Source: Candidatus Moraniibacteriota bacterium (GTDB lineage Bacteria > Patescibacteriota > Minisyncoccia > Moranbacterales > UBA1568). From it: DNA of 64,000 nt. Position 1 is the stretch's first letter. Each line of letters starts with the position of its first letter. A program made the position numbers and the translations under genes. Positions 1 to 10,230 of the stretch are shown here, in pieces. Below the pieces are notes generated by a model that did no database searches, was not told where the DNA came from, and saw nothing but the letters and a program-made list of their open reading frames with translations. Location: NCBI GenBank assembly GCA_049290235.1, contig JBATNG010000017.1:628-64627 (forward strand). Reading direction: 5' to 3'.

Positions 1-1
1 T

Positions 2-3000
2 CTCCAAACATCCTATAACGCTGATGCCGATGGTTCCAACACCACCATTACTCTCTCGGCCGCTGATGACGGACTCATCATCACCAACCCAACGTCGAGC
101 GGTAACAACCTCTCCGCTTTCACACTTCAAGTTTCCCAGCTCAACACCACCGCGGCCATCACGACACTTGATCTGGTCCAAGCAAGCAATGCAGCGAATG
201 GTGTAGACTTGACCGCCAATGCGATCGATACCGAAACAGCGCTCTCAGTGACGGCTAATCTCCTCACTTCCGGCAAAGCCCTCACCCTCGCCTCCTCTAG
301 TACCGCTTTCACCGGCGCACTCGAAAGCATCACCCTCTCTGGCTCGAATGCCGCCAATACCGGGAACCTCCTCCTCATCGCTGACACTGGTGCCCTCAAT
401 ACCACTACCTCCTTCAAGGTCACCGCCAATGGTGCCGCTACTCAGGTTGCGGCTCTCATCGAGAACACCGGCTCGGGTACGAGCTTCCGCGTCAATGATG
501 TCGCGAGTGATACCGATCCCTTCCTCATTGATGCCACCGGCAATGTCGGGATCGGCGACGCCACCCCCAACACTCTTCTCGATGTCCTTTCCTCCGGTGC
601 GGCGGACACCATCTTCACCCTGGCCAACACGAATGCCGGTGACTATGACCCCGTGATGAAGTTTGAGTTAACCGAAGGTACCCCGCTCTTCACTCTCGGT
701 GTCGATGACTCAGACTCCGACAAGTTCAAGATCTACTCGGGCGATGGCCTGGCCAGTGGGGATGAGTTCATCATCGATGCCAATGGCACCACCACCATCG
801 CCAACCTCAACCTGGGAGCGACAACCTTCGATGAGAATGCGGGGGCGGTGACCTGGATCGATATGTCGGTGACCTCGGCCGCCGCGGTCGATACCATCGA
901 GAGCTATGCGGCCTCAATTGATGGCAATGCCCTCCTCACGGTCTATGCCGAGAGTGATGCAGCGGGGAGCATTCAGGATCGACGCGTTGTAGTCGGCACC
1001 GGTGCCGGAGATGCTGCGACCACGACCCTTCTGTCCCTCGATGTGAAGACGCTGACTGGCAATCCCACGAATGCTGTCGAAGGAGCGATGTATTACAACG
1101 CCGCTGATGACAAGTTCCGTTGTTACCAAGCCTCTGCCTGGACCGATTGTATCGGAGCCGGTGGTTCGACGACACTTCAAACCGCTTATGATACGGATGG
1201 TGACGGCACCAACACCACCATCTCTCTCACCGCCGCCGATGACGGACTGATCATCACCAACCCAACGTCTGCCGGCAACAACCTCTCGGCCTTCACGCTC
1301 CAAGTCTCGCAGCTCAATACCACCGCGGCGATCACGACGCTTGACCTGGTCCAAGCGAGCAATGCAGCGAATGGCGTGGGTTTGACAGCGAACAGTATCG
1401 ACACAGAAACGGGGCTGGCTATCAGTGCGACCGGCCTGACGTCGGGGTATGCCGAGACGATTGCGGTCAATGCTGCGACCACCCTCACCTCCGGTGGCGC
1501 TTTGAGTATCACGGGTCCGACCGGTGCCGCGGCCCAGGCGGCGGGGTCACTGCTCAAAATTTCCACTGCCGGAGCTACCACTGGTACCGCGGGATCAGGT
1601 AACTCATTTCAAGTTAGCAGTGCATCGACGCTCGGGACGATTGCGTCAATCACCGCTTCTGGGAACATGACCACGACGGGTAATCTCCTCACCTTGGGTG
1701 GCGGCACGTCGACGACTCCGACGGGACTCTTGACCGTCAATGCTTCAACCCTGACCTCGGGCTACGCAGCTGACTTCAATGTGAATGGCGCTGCAGTTCT
1801 CACTTCTGGCGGAGCGATCAATATCGATGGTCCGACGGGGGCAGCCGCTCAAGCAGCTGGATCTCTTCTCATGATCAATACAACCGGTGCTGTTACGGGT
1901 ACTGATGGTTCTGGTAATTCGTTCCAAATAAACTCAGCCACGGCCACGGGCACCGTTGCTTCTATCTCGAGTTCTGGCACGATGACGACGACCGGGGATT
2001 TGCTCACCTTGACCGCGAACAATGCCACGACAGCCACGGGACTCCTGACGATTGACGGTGGCTCGGCTATGACATCGGGATCAGTCTTCAGTGTGGCGAG
2101 CGGCAGCACGACCTATGTCCATGGTGCGGAAACGGGGAGCCTCGTGAGCTTGGCGGTGACCGATTCGACCACAGCCGCCGTGACGAGCACGACCAATAAT
2201 CTCCTCCTCTTTCCGACCATCAATGCAGCATCGGGCGCGGCCACACGAACCATCAATGGTGTCTCCATCACCCCCGCTTTCACGGCCTGTACCGCGGGCA
2301 CCTGTGCGGTCAATGGTGTGAATATCGCCAATGTCACTGACGGCACCGGCTTTACCGGTACGGCGGTCAATATCGGGACGGGCTGGGACGTGGGTATCAA
2401 TGCCGGGACCATGACAATCGAGAATATCGGCAATACCGGCACCGACTTCATCGCCAGTACCGGTGCCCTCACTCTCGCGGGCGTCCTCACCGCCAATGGC
2501 GGCATCAGTCTCGCCGGGAGTCAGTCTTTCTCAGCCTCGGCCCTCTCGTACATGGACCTGGGCGCTATCACGCACAGCTCGACGGCCAATCAAGGACTGC
2601 GTCTCCCCAATGCGGCTTCGGCTACTCCCTCGAACCCGACCTCCGGTGAAGGTTACCTCGCTTGGGATGCGGCGGGGAATCAGCTGATTACGTACAATGG
2701 TTCTTCTTGGTCCACCCTCGCGGGCGGGAGCGGCTACAATCTAATCAAGGACGAATCGACGGGACTGACGGCGCGCACCACCCTCGCCTTCCTCGGAGCA
2801 GGTGTCACTTGTGCCGACAATGCCACTCAGACCGAGTGTACGATCAATGGTGGTACGGCTCCCAGTGATACTTTACAGAATGCCTATGATGCCGGTTCGG
2901 CCGGGGATCAGGTGGTGACGCTCGATGCGACGCAGGACTCGATCATCGTCCGTAATCCCTCATCGTCTGGAAGCGATAGCACCTTCACCTTCAAGGTAGA

Positions 3001-6000
3001 GCAGCTCAACACCGGCATCGCCAATACTGCTCTCTATGTTGACAATCGTGGCACGGGGAGTGGTCTCCGCATCGATGACGAGTCCGGCGATACGACGCCA
3101 TTCATTATTGACGGTCACGGTAGAGTCGGAATTGGAACGACAACAATTTCGGAGGATTCGTCAACTGAACGATTATTTCAAGTCGGGTCCGAGACGAACC
3201 GTGGTAATAGTGTAACTTATGGTGAGGTTGTTTCTAAAGGTCAAAAAGACCTGACAGCTTTGACTGGAATCAAAGATATTTTCGTATATGATACGACGAG
3301 CGACAGCGATGGTGGTCGTTGGATTGACTGGGCGACAACTGATCAGCTTTCCTGGTATTCTGAGTCGCTCGATGACGGCCCAAGTGATCCATGTGACATA
3401 GCCTCGGATGATCGTTGCTACAAAGCAGCGTTCCCTCGAAAGGCTATCTTGATCGTGACAACATCAGCACTCTATATATTCGATGCGCAGGATAATACGA
3501 TGTGGATGAAGTTTAGTCAGAATGCAGCTGGCTATGCTCTGGGTGTCGATACAAGTAATGACCCGTCGAGCGTCACGGCCCTTAACGGCGTTGTATATGT
3601 TGGAACAAATGGAGCGTCGGCTGGTGGGCTTTATGCCATCGACTTCGTCAATGACCGCATGTGGAATTACGATGATACCGATCGCTCAGGCGCAAATGTC
3701 GGGATTAGCAGCCGCAATGCAGCCGTAACATATGCGAGCGATAACAACACGAACTTTGACCTTGGTGGGAATACGGGATGGAAAACTATTAATGATGTCT
3801 CAGCTGCAGCCATTCAGTGGAGCAATACGGCAATCGCTGCGACCACTGGCCCAGTCAACGGAATTTCTTTTGTCGCTCTGGCGACAGATTCGGGGGTTAA
3901 TTTGATCAACCTCGCCCAGCAAAGGCTTTTTCAGTACAGTCGCATCACGGACGATAATTATGAGTCAGTCGTTATTACCAAAAGTGCGAGATTGTATGCC
4001 TTGGACAGTACACGAGATGAGCTCAACATGTGGAATAATGTCGATTCAGATGTGGCAAGCCAACTCAATGTGGCGGCGGATAAAGCATGGGATGAAGCGA
4101 CCAATCCCGCTCTGACCAAGAATACACCGGTGATCGGGACCGGTAGTCCCGATGCACTTGAGGTAATTGAACGCGCCTCACTGGCTGATGGTGGACTTAC
4201 GGCTGGTACTGCGTCGGATCTTATCTACATTGGGCATGACCAGGGATTGACCGAACTCCATGACCACGCCACTCTCGCCTCTGGCTGGGTCAAGTACTAC
4301 AATACCACTCGTCAGACGGCTATACTGCCAGCCGCGACGCGTCGGGCGCATATGATGGATGATGCTTCCGGGGACGTGACCAATCAGAGCGTCGGAACGG
4401 ATATTATGGTACCCAAAGGATCCCCGACCTACGGGGTAAATGGTGTACGTGGTAAAGCGATGAGTTTCAACGGTACCTCGCAGTATCTCTGCTCTGGAAC
4501 AGGTACTACGTGTGCCAACGATACGTCTGATAACCTCAGTACGGGCAGCTGGACTATCAGTGTCTGGTTTAAACATACGGCAGGTACCGTTACCGGTACA
4601 GATACGCTCTTCGCTCGTTGTCACAATACGACGCCAGCCGCTGCGGCGGGCTGTGTCGCAGCATCTATGGTTTCATCGGGTGTTATGACGGTTAATGTTG
4701 ACTTCGACGCTACGTTTACCATTGGTCTGACTGGTACGACAGTCTTCCATAGTAGTACCCAGACATACAATGACGGTCAGTGGCATTTCCTTATGGTGAC
4801 TCGTGCTGCAACTACGGGTGCTATAAATACGATGATCGATGGTAAGCCGATTGGTCAAACTAACGGTGTTAACACAACTCTCGATGCCTCGCAGATCCTT
4901 TCCATCGGCGCTGACTGTAGCGTCGGGGCAGCTTGTGCCACGGGTGCTAACTTCTGGGATGGGTCAATTGATGACTTTGTATTGAATGCAAACGGTAGTA
5001 CCGGTACGACAGATAACATCGCCGTTGCTGCCTTGCGTCGCGTGTACAATGATGCTCGGCCACTCGTCAATAAAAGAGTGGTAGCCGTAACCAATGCCAC
5101 AAGCGCCACAACAACAACCATAACAGATACAGGTGAGACATGGATTCCTAATGAATTCGCTGGGCAGGTGATGGCGATTACATCCGATACTGGTGCGGGT
5201 CAAACGCGTCGGGTCGTTTCTAATACGACAGATACGCTTACCGTGTCTCCAGCATTCTCAACTACCCCGGATACAACTTCAGACTTCGAAGTAGATCCTG
5301 AGGCGGTCTATGGGGCTTCAAATATTGTCACTTCTATTGGTATTACGGCTGAGTCTCCTCTAGGAGAGGCTCGACAAATGTGTATTGGAACCAATAGCAC
5401 CTCGGATACCGGTGGTGTTACTTGCTACAATCACCAAGCTGGGCCAAACCTAATCGCCGATGTTTTTCATAGCGATTCAGAACAAATGGATGATAGTAGT
5501 ACAGAATGGACTGGTACTGATTATGATGATATTCGCTCGATTGATCTTTCGGGTCGGGCGCTTGTTATGGGATCAGAGGCTCATTTCTGGACCGAAACGG
5601 AAGATGTTCGTCTTGGGCAGGGTTTGGATTATCTCGCGAATCAGCTCTTCAACATCCGACAGGAGTTGATAAATGATGCCGTTACCGCTCAGGGTAGTAT
5701 CGGTGTGGAAGTTGGATTTACTGGTGGGGCGGACTTGGCGGAGCGCTACTACTCGAATGAGCCACTTCAAGCGGGGGAAGTAGTGTCTATTGACAAGAGT
5801 CTTTCGGCCGGAGTGAAGAAAACGGCCAGTCGCTATCAGCGCGATACACTCGGTATCGTCTCGACCGAACCAGGGCTCATCCTCGGGGCCGAAGCAGAGA
5901 ACGGCTACCCAATCGCCCTTGTCGGTCGAGTACCGGTCAAAGTCACCAATGAGAATGGTCCCATCTATGCTGGCGATCGAGTGACGGCAGCGAGCCGTCC

Positions 6001-7324
6001 GGGTCATGCCATGCTCGCCACTCAGGCGGGACGGGTTATCGGTCAGGCGCTGGGCGATGCGGTGGACTGGGTGGTCTGTGAGGGCGAGGATCCGCTGAAT
6101 CATGACGCCGTGCTTTGCACGACGGTCACGGTTTTTGTGAATCTCACAGATTATTATGGCCAGCCAGTCGAGCTCGCCATGGCGGCACGTGACGCAGCGG
6201 ACGCGGCCCTGGAGGCAACGACCGGGGATGAGGAAGTTGGTCTCGCTGGCGATGGTGCTACCGTCCGGCTCGCGACCGCCGCACCGACGCGGGAGGAGAA
6301 AATCATGACGTTCCTGAAAGAAGTGCGCGATGAACGAGCGAAGATGAATGTGGCAGCCTCCGAAGTCTTCACCGACCGGGTAGCCGCCTCGACCGAAATT
6401 ATCACCCCGACCCTGATCGTGGACCAGATTTTCGCCAAGAGCATCAAGGCCGACAGTATCGAGGGGCTCCAGATATTTACCGATCAACTCTCCAGTCTTT
6501 CGGAGAAGTATGCCGGGCTCGAAGCGGCTGCGAACATTGAGAGCACTTCGTCGGAAGCATCGAATGTCGTCAAGGAACAACTGGCTGTCGCCATGAAGAA
6601 CCTTTCAGTCGATACGCTAACAGTTCAGATGGATGGGAGCGTCTTGGGCAAGCTCTCGGTGGCCGGTGCCCTCACGCTCAGTGGACCGGCAGAATTTCGC
6701 GGCGAGACGCTGTTCAGTAAACTCGCGACGTTCCTCGGCGATACGGTGTTCCAGGGCAAGGCGGTCTTCGAAAAAGCCCCGACCTTCGGATCTGATACGG
6801 CTGGCTTCGCAGTCATTGCTGAAGGGCAACAGTCGGTGGATATTGCTTTCGACGAGGAATACACCAAACAGCCGATCGTCTCGGTCAGTATCACGAGCGA
6901 TGAGAGCTCGCTCTCCAAGGAAGCTGAGACTGATGTGGATCTCGCTATGGATGTCGCCGCCGTGGAGGCAGACTTCGCTGCTGCCTATTTCGATGGGGAT
7001 ATCAAGTACATCGTCACCAAGAAGAGTGAGCGGGGCTTCACCATCGTCCTCAACAAGCCCGCGCCGCGTGAGCTCCAATTCAGTTGGGTAGCCATCGCCG
7101 TCGCTGAGGCTCGGGTATCGCGCTCAGAGGAAACAGGGACGGGGGAGGACCCGGTCGACGCTGATGAGCCGCCAGACACACCTCCAGTCACTGTGCCCAC
7201 TGAACCAGCCGAGACGACTCCTCCCGTTCCGATAGTCACCCCTCCTCCAGTTCTCGTGACCACGCCAGTGGTGGACACAACACTACCGCCAGATCAGCCA
7301 GCCGTTACCACACCAGCCACCTAA
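2..7324 (+). CDS. giant repetitive surface/adhesin-like protein (5' end lies outside window; >2440 aa); LamG/ConA-like lectin domain; Pro/Thr-rich C-terminal tail
   Basis: Frame 2 is open from position 2 with no stop; the ORF track starts at TTG 209 only because no earlier ATG/GTG/TTG occurs in frame. A large internal repeat: nt 2-240 repeats at 1175-1420 (motif LxTxYxxDxDGxNTTIxLxAADDGLIITNPTSxGNNLSAFTLQVSQLNTTAAITTLDLVQASNAANGV). A second repeat pair: 1480-1640 and 1800-1960 (LTSGGAxxIxGPTGAAAQAAGSLLxIxTxGAxTGTxGSGNSFQ). FxIDxxGxVGIGxxTP motifs appear at about 500 and 3100. The LamG-like segment reads SFNGTSQYL...WTISVWFKH...GQWHFLMVTR...IDDFVL (about nt 4450-4980). The C-terminal tail is PPDTPPVTVPTEPAETTPPVPIVTPPPVLVTTP. 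Confidence 0.6.
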   Translation, partial: LQTSYNADADGSNTTITLSAADDGLIITNPTSSGNNLSAFTLQVSQLNTTAAITTLDLVQASNAANGVDLTANAIDTETALSVTANLLTSGKALTLASSSTAFTGALESITLSGSNAANTGNLLLIADTGALNTTTSFKVTANGAATQVAALIENTGSGTSFRVNDVASDTDPFLIDATGNVGIGDATPNTLLDVLSSGAADTIFTLANTNAGDYDPVMKFELTEGTPLFTLGVDDSDSDKFKIYSGDGLASGDEFIIDANGTTTIANLNLGATTFDENAGAVTWIDMSVTSAAAVDTIESYAASIDGNALLTVYAESDAAGSIQDRRVVVGTGAGDAATTTLLSLDVKTLTGNPTNAVEGAMYYNAADDKFRCYQASAWTDCIGAGGSTTLQTAYDTDGDGTNTTISLTAADDGLIITNPTSAGNNLSAFTLQVSQLNTTAAITTLDLVQASNAANGVGLTANSIDTETGLAISATGLTSGYAETIAVNAATTLTSGGALSITGPTGAAAQAAGSLLKISTAGATTGTAGSGNSFQVSSASTLGTIASITASGNMTTTGNLLTLGGGTSTTPTGLLTVNASTLTSGYAADFNVNGAAVLTSGGAINIDGPTGAAAQAAGSLLMINTTGAVTGTDGSGNSFQINSATATGTVASISSSGTMTTTGDLLTLTANNATTATGLLTIDGGSAMTSGSVFSVASGSTTYVHGAETGSLVSLAVTDSTTAAVTSTTNNLLLFPTINAASGAATRTINGVSITPAFTACTAGTCAVNGVNIANVTDGTGFTGTAVNIGTGWDVGINAGTMTIENIGNTGTDFIASTGALTLAGVLTANGGISLAGSQSFSASALSYMDLGAITHSSTANQGLRLPNAASATPSNPTSGEGYLAWDAAGNQLITYNGSSWSTLAGGSGYNLIKDESTGLTARTTLAFLGAGVTCADNATQTECTINGGTAPSDTLQNAYDAGSAGDQVVTLDATQDSIIVRNPSSSGSDSTFTFKVEQLNTGIANTALYVDNRGTGSGLRIDDESGDTTPFIIDGHGRVGIGTTTISEDSSTERLFQVGSETNRGNSVTYGEVVSKGQKDLTALTGIKDIFVYDTTSDSDGGRWIDWATTDQLSWYSESLDDGPSDPCDIASDDRCYKAAFPRKAILIVTTSALYIFDAQDNTMWMKFSQNAAGYALGVDTSNDPSSVTALNGVVYVGTNGASAGGLYAIDFVNDRMWNYDDTDRSGANVGISSRNAAVTYASDNNTNFDLGGNTGWKTINDVSAAAIQWSNTAIAATTGPVNGISFVALATDSGVNLINLAQQRLFQYSRITDDNYESVVITKSARLYALDSTRDELNMWNNVDSDVASQLNVAADKAWDEATNPALTKNTPVIGTGSPDALEVIERASLADGGLTAGTASDLIYIGHDQGLTELHDHATLASGWVKYYNTTRQTAILPAATRRAHMMDDASGDVTNQSVGTDIMVPKGSPTYGVNGVRGKAMSFNGTSQYLCSGTGTTCANDTSDNLSTGSWTISVWFKHTAGTVTGTDTLFARCHNTTPAAAAGCVAASMVSSGVMTVNVDFDATFTIGLTGTTVFHSSTQTYNDGQWHFLMVTRAATTGAINTMIDGKPIGQTNGVNTTLDASQILSIGADCSVGAACATGANFWDGSIDDFVLNANGSTGTTDNIAVAALRRVYNDARPLVNKRVVAVTNATSATTTTITDTGETWIPNEFAGQVMAITSDTGAGQTRRVVSNTTDTLTVSPAFSTTPDTTSDFEVDPEAVYGASNIVTSIGITAESPLGEARQMCIGTNSTSDTGGVTCYNHQAGPNLIADVFHSDSEQMDDSSTEWTGTDYDDIRSIDLSGRALVMGSEAHFWTETEDVRLGQGLDYLANQLFNIRQELINDAVTAQGSIGVEVGFTGGADLAERYYSNEPLQAGEVVSIDKSLSAGVKKTASRYQRDTLGIVSTEPGLILGAEAENGYPIALVGRVPVKVTNENGPIYAGDRVTAASRPGHAMLATQAGRVIGQALGDAVDWVVCEGEDPLNHDAVLCTTVTVFVNLTDYYGQPVELAMAARDAADAALEATTGDEEVGLAGDGATVRLATAAPTREEKIMTFLKEVRDERAKMNVAASEVFTDRVAASTEIITPTLIVDQIFAKSIKADSIEGLQIFTDQLSSLSEKYAGLEAAANIESTSSEASNVVKEQLAVAMKNLSVDTLTVQMDGSVLGKLSVAGALTLSGPAEFRGETLFSKLATFLGDTVFQGKAVFEKAPTFGSDTAGFAVIAEGQQSVDIAFDEEYTKQPIVSVSITSDESSLSKEAETDVDLAMDVAAVEADFAAAYFDGDIKYIVTKKSERGFTIVLNKPAPRELQFSWVAIAVAEARVSRSEETGTGEDPVDADEPPDTPPVTVPTEPAETTPPVPIVTPPPVLVTTPVVDTTLPPDQPAVTTPAT

Positions 7325-7372
7325 ACCCTCCCCTTCGACTGGCTCAGGACCAATAGGCCGGAGGGTTTTCGT
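7325..7372 (+). terminator. possible stem-loop terminator after giant gene (ccctcc...ggaggg + TTTT), long loop
   Basis: Inverted repeat accctcccc (7325-7333) / ccggagggtttt (7358-7369). Confidence 0.25.
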
Positions 7373-7439
7373 TCGTGTTCGCTTTGCTCCTATCGGCGAG
7401 AATATCTTCCTTTCTTTTACATCCAGTGTCTGTGTCTAT

Positions 7440-7457
7440 TTCTTTTGGCAGCGAAAG
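7440..7457. repeat. inverted 18-nt fragment of the hairpin module of the interspersed element (reverse complement of 10356-10373)
   Basis: ttcttttggcagcgaaag is the exact reverse complement of ctttcgctgccaaaagaa at 10356-10373. Confidence 0.6.
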
Positions 7458-7704
7458 GCATCTGTTCATTTCTTTGTGCGTCCAAAGAAACGAACCAAAG
7501 AAAACCGCACCCGAGCTTTCGGTTCATACGGTTGCCAGCCACACCCTCCGGCGGTTTTCTCGCGAGAGACTGAGAAAACCTTCTTCCTTCAGGCGTGGGG
7601 CAACCGTCTCACCTCCCGCAATGGGTGATTGAGAAATTCAAGGCCGAAAAAATAGGTCAGATGCGAATGCATTCCATTTCCTGATACGTCCTTGGTGGCA
7701 GTCG

Positions 7705-7888
7705 AGGCCATGGTTTCCGATTGGCGGAGAGTAACTATTTCCTCAGTCCCTCGCGAGGAAATAGTCGGAGCTAATCGTGAAACTATCCGAGATGAGAACC
7801 GGGCGGCAGTTTTCCCTGCCCGAAGTGCTACATCGTTGCAGGCGGGTTTGGAACTTTCTTTTTCTGTTAAAAGAAAGTGGAAAGAACC
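7705..7888 (+). repeat. interspersed intergenic element copy A: module X (7705-7811), module Y (7812-7854), terminal hairpin (7856-7888); candidate structured RNA
   Basis: Module X (gaggccatggtttccgattggcggag...aatcgtgaaac.atccga...ccgggc.gc) recurs at 10231-10340. Its internal stem actatttcctc/gaggaaatagt in copy A becomes actattttctc/gagaaaatgg in copy B, a compensatory C-G to U-A change. The enclosing helix cgattg/caatcg is conserved. The hairpin ctttcttttt..aaaagaaagtgg is shared with copy B. Confidence 0.5.
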
Positions 7889-8058
7889 TTTGTGTATACA
7901 AAGGAATAAACAGTGATCCTTGACCTCCCATTCCGGGGGGTATCATCGGTAGGCACTTTGACAATTCCGTCGCGTGCCCGCTCACGCGATTGGCTGAATC
8001 AAACCCTGGGACTTTTTCTATTGCTCAAGATGGATTAGTCCATGCTAGACTTATTTGT

Positions 8059-9069
8059 ATGAATCCAAAAGTCTTTGCTTCTATCGTCGCGCTTGTTGGT
8101 GTCGGACTTATCGGTGGCTATTTTGCTCATGACCTCGTGGATGATCGGCGAGAGGGGAGGCATTCGCGTGATTGGTCCGAGATGAACAATACTTCGAAAC
8201 AAGTTCGCCAAATGGGGAACTATTCCTATATCAACCCTCTCCTCGAGTGTGAGGTCGCCGAGGGTACGCTGGATGCGAGAAAGGAGAACTTTCGTGATGT
8301 TCTCGAAATCCGCGTCAATCAACTGAAGAAGGAAAAAAATCTTTCAGAGGTTGCCGTGTATTATCGGGATTTGAATAATGGACCAACGTTTGGTGTCGAC
8401 GAACAAGGGGAATTCTTCCCCGCCTCACTTCTGAAGGTGCCAGTCATGATGGCCTACTATCACCTCGCTGAGCAGGATCCGTCAGTACTGGGCGTGAAGA
8501 TCGCTTATGGACAGCCGCGCGATTTTGGCATCACCCCGACGATCATGCCGCGCGAGAGCCTCGTCCCGGGCGAATCGTATACGGTCGATGATCTCATCCG
8601 GCGGATGATCATCTTTTCCGATAATCAGGCGCTCGCGCTTCTCTCCGAGCGTCTCCCACTCACGGTTCTCCAGGATCTCTTTGCGATGCTCGGGGTGGGA
8701 AGTGATGTACTCGTAAATGCCGATTCCAAGTTGACGGTGAAGGAGTATGCGGGATTCTTCCGAATACTTTTCAATAGTTCGTACCTTTCGCGGGAATCCT
8801 CGGAAAAGGCGCTCGCTCTCCTTTCTTCGACTGACTACAATGACGCGCTTCCGGCAGGTATTCCCAAGGGTGTTGTCGTCTCGCATAAGTTTGGTGAAGC
8901 AGGCACTGCCAATGTAGAACGACAACTCCACGACTGTGGGATTGTGTATTTCCCGAACCATCCCTATCTCGCCTGTATTATGACGCGCGGGCAGGATGTC
9001 GATGAGCTCAAGGACGCTATCGTCGATGTCTCCCAATTCATCTACGAGAAAATCGACGAGCAGTACTAG
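8059..9069 (+). CDS. membrane-anchored serine hydrolase, class A beta-lactamase-like fold
   Basis: ATG at 8059 precedes an N-terminal TM helix (NPKVFASIVALVGVGLIGGYF). SxxK motif at FFPASLLK, SDN motif at FSDNQA, KTG-like box HKFGEAG followed by DCGIVYFP. The ORF track start at 7990 is likely too far upstream. Confidence 0.6.
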   Translation: MNPKVFASIVALVGVGLIGGYFAHDLVDDRREGRHSRDWSEMNNTSKQVRQMGNYSYINPLLECEVAEGTLDARKENFRDVLEIRVNQLKKEKNLSEVAVYYRDLNNGPTFGVDEQGEFFPASLLKVPVMMAYYHLAEQDPSVLGVKIAYGQPRDFGITPTIMPRESLVPGESYTVDDLIRRMIIFSDNQALALLSERLPLTVLQDLFAMLGVGSDVLVNADSKLTVKEYAGFFRILFNSSYLSRESSEKALALLSSTDYNDALPAGIPKGVVVSHKFGEAGTANVERQLHDCGIVYFPNHPYLACIMTRGQDVDELKDAIVDVSQFIYEKIDEQY

Positions 9070-9107
9070 AGGCCGTACTCGGCCCGCTTGAAATTTGGTA
9101 TACTGGA

Positions 9108-9842
9108 GTGGCTATGGATAGTATCAATCGACCGAACATACCTGGACGCAGCGCGATTCCGCGCTCCGGATGGCGATTTTCTCGGGTGAGCTTTGTCCTC
9201 TCGATTCTCCTCCTCGCCGCTGTCGGCGCGGCGGGTTACTTCTATTATCAGTACCGCCAGTCGCCGAAAGTACAAAGTGCGGGAGAAGTGAAGGATCTGA
9301 AAGAAGAAATCGGTGCTATTTTTGAGCTCCCTACAGGTGAAGAACCGACGTTGGCGACCGTGACTGACCGGGACAAGCTCGCTGAGCAGCCGTTTTTTCA
9401 AAAGGCAGAAAATGGTGACAAGGTGCTCATCTATTCTACCTCTGGTCGTGCCGTCCTCTATCGCCCGAGCACGAAGAAAATCGTCGATGTAACGGCGGTC
9501 AATGTTAACCAACCAGCAGCTCCGACACCTGAAGTACCATCGGCTGCGCCGGCACCGAAAATTGCTCGCGTCGCTCTCTTGAATGGTACGACGGTGGCCG
9601 ATACGGCTGCTACGGCTGAGGTGAAGGTGAAAGCTGCGGTCCCTAATGCAGCCGTCGTCACCAAAGCAAATGCGGTAAAGCGTGACTATACCGAGACAGT
9701 CGTCGTCGATGTGACCGGTCAAAATTCAGAAATTGCTAACGGTATCGCCGCCGCGCTTAGTGGATCGGTTGCTGTCTTGCCCGTGGGTGAAACAGCGCCT
9801 TCAGATGCGGATATCCTTGTCATCCTCGGAAGTGACACCTAG
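9108..9842 (+). CDS. LytR_C (LytR/CpsA/Psr C-terminal) domain membrane protein
   Basis: N-terminal TM (VSFVLSILLLAAVGAAGYFYY). The C-terminus reads ARVALLNGTTVADTAATAEVKVKAA...TVVVDVTG...ADILVILGSDT, typical of the LytR_C domain. Confidence 0.55.
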   Translation: MAMDSINRPNIPGRSAIPRSGWRFSRVSFVLSILLLAAVGAAGYFYYQYRQSPKVQSAGEVKDLKEEIGAIFELPTGEEPTLATVTDRDKLAEQPFFQKAENGDKVLIYSTSGRAVLYRPSTKKIVDVTAVNVNQPAAPTPEVPSAAPAPKIARVALLNGTTVADTAATAEVKVKAAVPNAAVVTKANAVKRDYTETVVVDVTGQNSEIANGIAAALSGSVAVLPVGETAPSDADILVILGSDT

Positions 9843-9996
9843 CCCACTTTGTTATCGCTTTTTGGCCGCTCGGACTTTTTCCGAGCTTTTTCTTTGGTAC
9901 GGTCCCCACTATTTTCCTCACTTTGTCCGCGCAAGTTTTTGTCCCCACCTTTTTGATAATTAACTTTATGTCCCTTTCTTTTCGCGCCAAAATAAA

Positions 9997-10057
9997 GTTC
10001 CAAACCCGCCTGCAACGATGTAGCACTTCGGGCAGGGAAAGTTGCTGTCCTGTTCTC
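9997..10057 (-). repeat. interspersed element copy B, inverted partial copy (module Y plus about 20 nt of the 3' end of X)
   Basis: gttccaaacccgcctgcaacgatgtagcacttcgggcagggaa is the reverse complement of module Y at 7812-7854. Similarity continues into the reverse complement of the 3' end of X. Confidence 0.55.
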
Positions 10058-10230
10058 CGGCTTACGTTTTGTTACCCGTTCTCCCCAGTGACATCCTCGC
10101 GCTTCGGAAAGCTGAGAATGTCATGCTCCTTCGAGAACGGAACAAAAATACTCATCTCCCGGAGTGGATAGGTTTAGAATTCTCCCACAATGGATGATTT
10201 GCGCTCACTCAACCGCCCATGTTGAGAGGT

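Noticed and set aside
127-7278. Many 60-335-aa ORFs on the minus strand and in alternative + frames inside the giant gene (for example 914-1354, 1186-1581, 5573-6580, 6617-7078)
   Set aside because: These are shadow ORFs in a long, GC-rich, repetitive coding region. None has a start context or motif.
1-7324. CRISPR array or other non-coding tandem repeat underlying the repeated blocks near the 5' end
   Set aside because: The repeats are long (160-240 nt), imperfect, in-frame and translate to coherent protein repeats. No short regular repeat-spacer architecture exists anywhere in the window.
7705-7811. Whether module X is a hammerhead or other small self-cleaving ribozyme, or RNase P RNA, tmRNA, SRP RNA or a known riboswitch
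   Set aside because: GAAAC and GAUGAG-like strings are present in copy A but in the wrong cyclic order for a hammerhead, and GAUGAG is not conserved in copy B. No match to the conserved cores of RNase P (GGAAAGUCCGG, ACAGAANCCGGCUUA), tmRNA or SRP RNA, nor to the ZTP, fluoride, preQ1 or guanidine motifs as far as I can recall them.
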